Source of the DNA: Eledone cirrhosa
Taxonomy: Eukaryota
Direction of reading: 5' to 3'
NCBI GenBank assembly: GCA_964016885.1
Contig: OZ024741.1
Coordinates: 81,716,001-81,780,000, forward strand
DNA length: 64,000 nucleotides
The translations under genes and the position numbers were made by a program. Under the pieces are notes generated by a model. The model worked only from the letters and a program-made list of their open reading frames with translations, searched no databases and was not told the origin of the DNA. Every line of letters starts with the position of its first letter. Position 1 is the stretch's first letter. Positions 53,298 to 64,000 of the stretch are shown here, piece after piece.

Positions 53298-56200
53298 ATA
53301 ATAATAAATTTGAAGACTAAAATCCAAAGAGGGCTCGATAAGGATAAATATATATCAAATATATAAGAACCGTAGAGCAAAAAATTATTAAAATAACAGA
53401 TTAAAGTTTAAGCCAAGAATCGCTGCTTTCACCCTTAACGGGATCTTCTGAAACTAACAAAGTCAATCTGTAAACGCAGAAGTGGATATTTCAAAAAACG
53501 TTGCAACCGGAGGAAGACAGGAAGACGATACTTTGGTTCGTGGAAACGTTCCCTGGCAAAGAACGGGAAAAAACGAATATAATACGTCATTAATAGGAAC
53601 GGTAAAAAACAATTACGCGCAAAGACAGAACCACGTTTATGGTATAAAAGAGGTCGTAGACTAATGTTCTCTTAGGTGGATCATAGAGACGTTCTCTGGC
53701 AATGAACGAAAAAAAACGAAGATAATACGTCATATGTAGAGCGGGGAGAACAATTGCACGCAAAGACAAAATCACGTAAATGGTATAGCAGAAGTCGTAG
53801 ACTAAAATTCTAACTAGGAGACCGAATGAATCTCCGCTTCAGAGTTAAGAACAAAGTGCATAAATACAATAAAGAGATAATAGAAATTAAATAAATATAT
53901 ACACGCATACAAATACGTACAACACAAGCATACGCGAAAACACTTACCATAGGTATACAAAACCACGCACATATAAATATGTGTGTGTTTGTATGCGTGT
54001 ATACAAATAAATAAATAATTACATAAACGTATATAAATAAATAAATACGTATATAACAAGCGCACACACATACCTACATCTAAATACACAAATGTTCGGA
54101 GACGTAAGTCAACCCAAACATGAAGTACACATATACACACACCCTACAACGTACGAAGCTGCGTACTCACACAGACGCAAAACACCCGTATACACATAAC
54201 CAAACCATATGTTCCAGAAAATAAAAAATAAAAAATTATACGCCATAACATATACAATCAAATATACGTACGAGAAGGTATACGTACCTTCACAAAACAT
54301 ACAGGTAATATATACTTACCTATGCAAATAAGTAATGGTATAAACAAACATATACTTAGCTACCACATCAAGACGTAAAATATCCACGTATAGATCGTAC
54401 TATCCGTTAGGGTATAACGTGGGGCTGTAATTCAGGAAAGTTTTGTGTAATTTATGTTTACAAGCCGAAATTGCCTCAGATTTTTTGTTTAAGATGTGGT
54501 CTGTGGCGTAGAGTATTTCCAGGGCCTCAGCGGCGCAGAGGTCACATGGTCTTTTATTTCCGTTATACGATATAGCCCTAGCTAGGATCTCCCAGTGTAA
54601 CTTATATTGGGTGTGGTTGACTCCAGATATAAGCTGAAAGTGACGTCATATTCCTTCTCAGAGGGTAACGAAAAAGAATGGGTATACATGTAAAGACGCT
54701 GCTTGAATCTATTGGCGGTTAACCCTATGTAGGCCCTACGGGACCTGGGTGTTTCAACCTTACATTTGTAGACAATGTTACTAGAGAGGCATTTCCCGGA
54801 TAGGGGGCAATCAACCCGATTCCTACAATTACAGTTAGTACTAACTACAGGGTTGCACGTGTTCCACCGGCTAGGTCGTGTAGCTAAATTTGAAGCTGTG
54901 ATGTTATGTACAAGGTTAGGAGTCGTAGAGTAAGAAACTTTAATAGTATTTCTATTAAAAATTTTACTATATTTATGTGTAGGGGGAAAATGCTTCGTAA
55001 TAAGGCAAAGAAAGATCTTAGCTAATGGTGTGGCCACCACCAAATTATATGGTGGGTTATACCAACAATGGCGACGGGATATATTTCTTCTAGGTCTATT
55101 TTCGTACTCTGTATATACTACCTTATCGACAAATCCACTCCGAGCAAGAGCTTCATTGTAATAAGTGGAATGGTCGTTGAAAATATGCTCGTTAGTAGAT
55201 AGACGGGAAAGCCTCAACGAAACGTTTCTTACCAGGTTCTTGGTTATGCTGGCAGGATGGTTGGAATGCTTACTTATGTAATTAAGCGTATCATTCGGCT
55301 TTCTATACGGGTAATACAACCCATTCAATAGGTTGAGGGTAACGTCGAGGTAATTAACCACCGAGAGATTGGCCTCAACCTGTATAGAGAGGTTGAAGCC
55401 TTTAAAGAAGGCTGTGAGTTCTTTTCTGAACCTGTCGCAAGCACGAGGTCCACACTTAGTCATGGCCAAAAGACCATCATCACGGTACAAACCACCGCCC
55501 CCGTTTGGGAATTCGTCCTTGATAGAGAAAAGAAGGAAAAGGCCGATAAGATCAGTAACCTCCGCAGAATCGCTGGCGCCCATACTCACGTCGAATGGGG
55601 TAGTATTGGATTTTTTAATCCAAATAGAGTCGTCGAAATTAATCACCGACTTACGGGCATTGAGGATGACATCAACTTCGAAATCCTTAACCACTGTGAG
55701 TGTTTTAGCGAAATTGATAGCTCTAAGGAGAAGTGGTAACATGATGGAGGAGTAGTAATTGTTGATGTCGAATTGGATAAAACGGCAATGTTCCTTGTTA
55801 CATATGCCGTTGAACCAATCAATCAACGCGAAAGAATTGTTCCACGGTGCAAGAGGGGCCAAACTTCTAATTTCAGGTATAATTCTATCAAGAATCGTTT
55901 TACTAAGTCTACCTAAATCGGACTTCGTAGGGTTAATAAGCCGAATGGAGGGGTTGTTCGGAAAATTGGATTTGTGATCCTTCAAGGTAAAGTGGGGAGA
56001 AATAGGGTCCAGAGGTTCGGTCCGGTCCAGGATGTTGAGATCAGATGTGATTTTAAACCCAGCATCGTTGATTTCATTGATGACACGCCGATTAGTTTTA
56101 CGGTAATCCTTAGTTACAGCATTATGTAGTAGTTGATGGTAAGTACTACGCTCCACTTGATATAGGTTGCCAGTTTTGTCGGAATGGACGTGCACGGCAT

Positions 56201-56373
56201 TAGAATCCTTAATAGAACGAATTCTATTCTTCAGGTCCTGCTGGAAGGAATTGCTCCTATTCCGAAATTTGATACTCCGTATGAGTTCCAAGACATCGTT
56301 TTCGAAGGGTAGCAATGCTGGGTTACGCGGGGTGGTCATTTTAGATTTTAAACCCAAATTTATCCTGTTTGTT
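53295..56373 (-). mobile_element. Penelope-like element of the Naiad type, 5'-truncated, between (TA)n tracts
   Basis: RT plus GIY-YIG ORF, followed by a ~1.1-kb 3' region with ~140-bp tandem units and HHR remnants. Confidence 0.85.
54400..56373 (-). pseudogene. Naiad-like RT and GIY-YIG endonuclease (frameshifts near the C-terminus)
   Basis: SDKTGNLY, TLKDHK, RLINPTKS, QFDINNYYSSI, MGASDSAEV, GLYRDDGL, NYLDVTL, SNHP, CNCRNRVDCPLSGKC, NIVYKC...YIGLT. Beyond the frameshifts: SLSAYIW, WEIL, CDLC, LNKKSE, CKH, stop at 54400. Confidence 0.88.
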
Positions 56374-56462
<89 letters not shown>

Positions 56463-56471
56463 TAGGCGATA

Positions 56472-56583
56472 CCCGCTGATGAAGTCACATACGCCGATTA
56501 AATGCATAATTATGCATTATTGCAGACAGAGGGTGCACTGCACCCTGCTGCTGCATTAAGTGTGGCCAAAACTCGAGTGCGGG
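56472..56583 (+). ncRNA. Near-canonical hammerhead with a long branched stem II (core mutated)
   Basis: CCCG-CTGATGA-A-GTCACA...TGTGGC-C-AAAA-CTCGAG-TG-CGGG. GAAA is changed to AAAA and there is a G at the cleavage position. Confidence 0.55.
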
Positions 56584-56729
56584 AACTATTATAGGCACCC
56601 GTTTTACGTGTGTTGTATTGAAGCGAATAACTATGTGTATATTCTGGGAATGTATCCTACATTGCCCATTGAATGCGCTTAGATACAACCGGTCCTGGCA
56701 TTGATAAATATGGTGGGTCCGTCACTACT

Positions 56730-56825
<96 letters not shown>

Positions 56826-57459
56826 GCCTAGCAGAGATATTGCATAATATCGACCCGATGGTACAGGTTTGTCATAGTTTACTGAGTCAGTTTACTCGTT
56901 GTTGTGGTCCCTGCGGCTGGCTTACCGGTCGCTATCTTCAATTTGCAAAGCTGTCTAAACATAATGTCATCACTCTAAGGTAAAATACCTTATTGAGTGC
57001 TTAGCTGCACATTCCGGTTGCATTCGTTAGCATAGCTGCAGCCAGAGCTTCGATTATGCTCTACTTCCATTTATATATATATATATATATAGTATATATA
57101 TAACATTTTCAAAATATTGATATTATTACTGTGAAAACTTTATCTAAATAGTAATTGGAATTTAACAAGAATTCTTATTCCGAAATATATGTATACTGAT
57201 GATGGTGATGCTAATGATGAAAATGATGATGATGACAATGATAACGATGATGAAACTGATGATAATGCTGATGAACAAAATTAATTTTCACATATATTAC
57301 TTTAATAAGTTTTACAAAACGCTACTTTCACGACCATTGGGGAACACCTATATCAGAAAGATTATTTTTATATCAGCCACCTCAATGGTGGTTTGTTTTA
57401 TCGAGTCTCATTCAGCAAAACATTGCAATAACTATGGTGGTTAAAGATAAGAAATGTAA

Positions 57460-57660
57460 AGCCGGGGTATTGTAAGCATCGGTAGAGCGTCAAACACAAT
57501 GTTTTGTGGTATTTAATTACGACTTTTACGTTGTATGTTCAAATCCAACCAAAGTCATTTTTGCCTTTCCTCCTTCCAAGGTCGATAAGATAAACTATTA
57601 GTTAAGTACTTGTGGTCGATATAATCGACTTTCCCTTCCTCAAATTGCTGGCCTTGTGAG
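57460..57660 (+). mobile_element. SINE family A (diverged)
   Basis: GTTCAAATCC B-box-like motif, TTTGCCTTTCCTCC core, GCTGGCCTTGTG tail. Confidence 0.75.
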
Positions 57661-57989
57661 AACTAACAGCCCAGTTACTTGCACTTTAATTCAAGAGCAT
57701 ACTGCTCTGTTGATCAAACAACAGAAACACTCATCACCGATAGTGATGGAGGTCCCGCATAGTACTGTCACAAAATAAACAGAAATACAGTGCGGCAAAG
57801 AAATATTGCGCTGCTCCCAAAACAGTTGATTGGTTAACACAGTGTCATAGTTCTCTCCTAAAGCAGATGTGGTCTAATGGTTGGTGCTACTCTCCAACGA
57901 CTACAATAATAACTTTCCTGTTAGAACTACTCTACCTTAACTAAACAACCATTCAAGCAGACAGATGTTTTTTCTTTCTGTGCTAACGC

Positions 57990-58071
<82 letters not shown>

Positions 58072-58090
58072 TTTATCTATCTATCTATCA
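57990..58090. repeat. (ATCT)n microsatellite
   Basis: Direct reading. Confidence 0.97.
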
Positions 58091-59154
58091 GTCTATCTGT
58101 CTGTATTTTCGTCTGTCAGTCTGGCTGGCTGGCTATCAGACTGTCTGTCTGTTCCTAACTTGAAGTGTAAACTTCGTGGAAGTCACATCAAAAACATCAA
58201 TTATTGACAGATGGTAAAGTTAAATCATAACAAGTAAAGAACCACAACGGACACCACATCTGGATATTTAGCTTAGGAGACAAAAATTTGGAAAATTAAT
58301 TGACTCCTTTATTCGTATGTGTAAAGTGCATTGGCGTGGAATTAATATCGGTTCCTCTCTCATCCGGTTTTCATTATTCATGAATAATAATCTGAAATCT
58401 CCCACTGATACTGATTTTTTAAAAACATAAACCACGTTACATTCCCATTACTCTGTCTGCTGAACAGAAATATAGATCTATAGATCTTTTACGTTGACAC
58501 TAGACCAAAATGATTTGAAATGGCTATCATCTATAGTTGAGTGAATCGAATGCAGTATATATCTGGTACTGGTAATTAATTTAGTAATTGAAATCTAGGA
58601 AAATTAAAGGAGTCAATCATCAGATCAGACCAAGGAAATTACTGTATTACATCCTCATTGATATTTTCGTTATTAGTGGCAATTCCTAGTAGAAAGAAGT
58701 TAGATTTGAATTCAAAATGCTTTAGAGTCGGATCAGATAGCGCAAAATATCTCGTCCGATTCTGGACTGGTACTTCATTTATCATCCTCGAAAGGACGAA
58801 AGGCAAAGTGGAGGAGCACATAGAGATAGAATATACACTGAGTCATTTGATCCGAAGGAGGTGAAGTGCGATGATTTTTTTTAAATGAGCAGAGCTTGTG
58901 TGTGTAGGGTTTTGTTTTTGTTTAATGTTTGTCTTTGGCTTCCATTTGTTGTTAAACGAGACGAATAATGTAGTAGCTTATACGTAAAAAAAGTTGTATG
59001 GCCACTGGTGGAGTTGTCTTAACCATATGTCTGTTAGGTGAATGTTTACTTAGACCTCTACAACAAGAACAAAATGAGAAATAAATGCATGTACAATTCC
59101 AAATGCAAATGGATTATACACATGCAAAATACAAACATATTATATACATGCATA

Positions 59155-59325
59155 GGGCGGTGGAGGGTCGGACGCCATGCTTTCCAGCATAGTTCGCCTC
59201 TATACGATCTGAGTTCAAATCTCGCCGAGGTTGACTTTGCCTTTCATCCTTACGGGGTCGATAAAATAAAGTACCAGTAATGCACTGGATTATGGCTGGC
59301 CTTGTGCCTAAAGTAGAAACAATTA
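59155..59325 (+). mobile_element. SINE family A
   Basis: GAGTTCAAATCTC B-box-like motif, core identical to 16245-16280, GGCCTTGTGCC tail. Confidence 0.85.
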
Positions 59326-59514
59326 TATACATGCATAATATAAATGCAACACTCGCTTACAAAACACAGTTTTAAACACACACAAATTCTAGATTTAAAA
59401 CAGATAGAAGATATGCGAGACATGCAAAAACACGGATATGAAACATACAAAAAAAAATACAACTATAAAATACATATAAAACAGAACACCAGAGATATAC
59501 AACATAAACAAACA

Positions 59515-62500
59515 GAGACTACACACATGTGAAACACAGATTGACAACACATACAACACACATGTAAAACACAGACAACACACGTGTGAGACACGGATTT
59601 AAAATAGAGACAACAGACATGTGAAACACAGATTTACAATAGAGATAACAGACATGTGAAACACAGATTTGCAACACATAAAACACACATGTGAAACACT
59701 GATTTACAACACAGACAACACACGTGTGAGACACGGATTTACAACACATACAACACACATGTGAAACACAGATTTACAACAGAGACAACACACATGTGAA
59801 ACACAGATTTACAACAGAGACAACACACATGTGAAACACAGATTTACAACAGAGACAACACACATGTGAAACACAGATTTACAACAGAGACAACACACGT
59901 GTGAGACACAGATTTACAACATATACAACACACATGTGAAACACAGATTTATAACAGAAACAACAGACATGTGAAACACAGATTTACAACAAATACAACA
60001 CACATGTGAAAAACATATTTACCACACAGACAACACACATGTGAAACACAGATTTACAATAGAGACAACAGACATGTGAAACACAGATTTATATCACAGA
60101 CAACACACATGTAAAACACAGATTTACCACAGAGATAACACACATGTGAAACACAGATTTACAATAGAGACAACAGACATGTGAAACACAGATTTACAAT
60201 AGAGACAACAGACATGTGAAACAGAGATTTACAACACAGAAAACACACGTGTGACACACAGATTTAATACAGAGACAACACACATGTGAAACACAGATTT
60301 ACAACACATACAACACACATGTGAAACACAGCTTTACAACACAGACAACAAAAATGTGAGACACAGATTTACAACAGAGACAACACACATGTGAAACACA
60401 GATTTACATCAGAGACAACACACATGTGAAACACAGATTTACAACACATACAACACTCATGTGAAACACAGATCAACAACAGAGACAACACACGCGTGGA
60501 ACAAAGATTTACAACACATACAACACACATGTGAAACACAGATTTACAACACAGACAACACACATGTGAAACACAGATTTACAACAAAGACAACACACAT
60601 GTGGAACACAGATTTACAACACAGACAGCATACATGTGAAACACAGTTTTATAACACAGAAAACACGCATGTGAAACACAGATTTACAACATATACAACA
60701 AAAATATGAAACACATATTTACAAAAGAGACAACACACATGTGAAAACCAGATTTACAACAGAGACAACACACATGTGAAACACAGATTTACAACACATA
60801 CAGCACCCGTGTGAAACACCGATATACAACACACATGTGAAACACATATTTACAACACAGAAAACACACATGTGAAACACAGATTTACAACACATACAAC
60901 GCATATGTGATACACAGATTTACAACACAGACAACGCACATGTGAAACACAGATTTACAACACAGACAACACACGTGTGAGACACAGATTTACAACACAG
61001 ACAACACACATGTGAAACACAGATTTACAACACAGACAACACACATGTGAAACACAGATTTACAACAGAGACAACACACGTGTGAGACACAGATTTACAA
61101 CACAGACAACACACATGTGAAACACAGATTTACAACACAGACAACACACATGTAAAACACAGATTTACAACAGAGACAACACACGTGTGAGACACAGATT
61201 TACAACAGAGACAACAAACATGTGAAACACAGATTTACAACACATGCAACAGACATGTGAAACACAGATTTACAACACATACGACACACATGTGAAACAC
61301 AGATTTACAACACAGACAACACACATGTGAAACACAGATTTACAACACATACAACACACGTGTGTAACACAGACTTACAACACAGACATCACACATGTGA
61401 AACACAGATTTACAACAGAGACAACACACATGTGAAACACAGATTTACAACAGAGACAACACACATGTGAAACACAGATTTACAACACATACAACACACA
61501 TGTGAAGCATAGTTTACAACACAGACAACACACGTGTGAGACACATATTTACAGTACATACAACACACATGTGAAACACAGATTCACAATAGAGATAACA
61601 GACATGTAAAACACAGATTTGCAATACATACAACACACATGTGAAACACTGATTTACAACACAGACAACACAAGTGTGAGACACAGATTTACAACACATA
61701 CAACACACAGGTGAAACACAGATTTAAAACACATACAACACTTATGTGAAACACAGATTTACAACACAGACAACACACATGTGAAACACAGACTTACAAC
61801 ACATACAACGCACATGTGAAACACAGATTTACAACAGAGACAACACACGTGTGACACACAGATTTACAACAGAGACAACACACATATGAAACACAGATTT
61901 ACAACAGAGACAACACACATGTGAAACACAGATTCACAACAGAGACAACACACGTGTGAGACACAGATTTACAACATATACAACACACATGTGAAACACA
62001 GATTTACAACAGAGACAACAGACACGTGAAACACAGATATAAAACAAATACAGCAGACATGTGAAAAACATATTTACAACAGAGACAACACACATGTGAA
62101 ACACAGATTTACAACACATACAACGTACATGTGAAACACAGATTGACAACAGAGACAACACACATGTGAAACACAGATTTACAACACATACAACACACGT
62201 GTGAGACACAGATTTACCATAGAGAAAACATACATGTGAAATACAGATTTACAACACATACAACACACGTGTGAAACACATATTTACCACACAGACGACA
62301 CACATGTGAAACACAGATTTACAATAGAGACAACAGACATGTGAAACACAGATTTACCACACATACATCACACATGTGAAACACAGATTAACAACAGAGA
62401 AAACACACATGTGAAACACAGATTTACAACAGAGACAACACACATGTGAAACACAGATTTACAACAGAGACAACACACGTGTGAGACACAGATTTACAAC

Positions 62501-64000
62501 ATATACAACACACATGTGAAACACAGATTTACAACAGAAACAACAGAGATGTGAAACACAGATTTACAACAAATACAACACACATGTGAAAAACATATTT
62601 ACCACACAGACAACACACATGTGAAACACAGATTTACAATAGAGACAGCAGACATGTGAAACACAGATTTACATCACAGACAACACACATGTAAAACACA
62701 GATTTACCACACATACAGCACACATGTGAAACACAGATTAACAACAGAGAAAACACACATGTGAAACACAGATTTACAACAGAGACAACACACATGTGAA
62801 ACACAGATTTACAACAGAGACAACACACATGTGAAACACAGATTTACAACAGAGACAACACACGTGTGAGACACAGATTTACAACATATACAACACACAT
62901 GTGAAACACAGATTTACAACAGAAACAACAGACATGTGAAACACAGATTTACAACAAATACAACACACATGTGAAAAACATATTTACCACACAGACAACA
63001 CACATGTGAAACACAGATTCACAATAGAGACAGCAGACATGTGAAACACAGATTTACATCACAGACAACACACATGTAAAACACAGATTTACCACACAGA
63101 CAACACACATGTAAAACACAGATTTACAATAGAGACAACAGACATGTGAAACACAGATTTATAACATAGACAACACACATGTAAAACACAGATTTACCAC
63201 ACAGACAACACACATGTGAAACACAGATTTACAATAGAGACAACAGACATGTGAAACACAGATTTACCACACATACAGCACACATGTGAACACAGATTTA
63301 CAACACATACAACACACATGTGAATCACAGATTTACAACACAGACAACACACGTGTGACACACAGATTTAATACAGAGACAACACACATGTGAAACACAG
63401 ATTTACAACACATACAACACACATATGAAACACAGCTTTACAACACAGACAAGAAAAACGTGAGACACAGATTTACAACAGAGACAACACACATGTGAAA
63501 CACAGATTTACAACAGAGACAACACACATGTGAAACACAGATTTACAACACATACAACACACATGTGAAACACAGATTTACAACACAGACAACACAATGT
63601 GAAACACAGATTTACAACAAAGACAACACACATGTGAAACACAGATTTACAACACATACAACGCACGTGTGCAACACAGATTTACAACACATACAACGCA
63701 CATGTGAAACACAGATTTGCAGCACAGACAACACACGTGTGAGACACAGATTTACAACACAGACAACACACATGTGAAACACAGATTTACAACACAGACA
63801 ACACACATGTAAAACACAGATTTACAACAGAGACAACACACGTGTGAGACACAGATTTACAACAGAGACAACAAACATGTGAAACACAGATTTACAACAC
63901 ATACAACAGACATGTGAAACACAGATTTACAACATATACGACACACATGTGAAACACAGGTTTACAACACAGACAACACACATGTGAAACACAGATTTAC
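59515..64000. repeat. 35-bp satellite array (consensus ACACATGTGAAACACAGATTTACAACASASACAAC), running off the window end
   Basis: GTGAAA recurs at 59761, 59796 and 59831 (period 35). More than 120 copies. Confidence 0.97.

Noticed and set aside
54400-56373. Selenoprotein-type Naiad (in-frame UGA plus SECIS)
   Set aside because: The CxCx5C and other cysteines are read as normal Cys in an open frame. No in-frame UGA or convincing SECIS was seen.
56374-56507. N-terminal extension of the 641-aa ORF
   Set aside because: It runs through (TG)n(TA)n microsatellite and is chance read-through, not part of the element.
59515-64000. Cys-rich ORFs (metallothionein/keratin-like) or a CRISPR-like array
   Set aside because: The ORFs are translations of a 35-bp satellite whose period is not divisible by 3. 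There are no unique spacers and no cas genes.

Overview
Gene-free, AT-rich animal genomic DNA made almost entirely of microsatellites and transposable elements. The SINE families and (TA)n/(AAT)n density suggest an octopus or other cephalopod genome (inference). DNA transposons: a hAT MITE and a decayed hAT (Buster/Charlie-type), both with 8-bp TSDs, an internally deleted Helitron, and a Chapaev3-like element. Non-LTR elements: an RTE-like LINE in (TA)n, and a ~20-kb array (about 24.98-45.06 kb) inside one (AAT)n microsatellite with three L1/Tx1-clade elements on the minus strand and three R4/Dong-type RLE copies on the plus strand. Also present are a Naiad-like Penelope element, many SINEs and a 35-bp satellite with higher-order structure. 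Most notable are the many hammerhead-ribozyme (HHR) motifs between (TA)n tracts. These include one canonical minimal HHR inside a 469-bp partial-tandem (retrozyme-like) unit, and several long palindromes whose symmetry axis sits at what looks like HHR stem II, suggesting snap-back of cDNA at the ribozyme hairpin. One SINE family also shares its 3' tail with the AAT-associated Tx1 LINEs. No host protein-coding exon could be supported. Family names come from motif recognition, not database searches.
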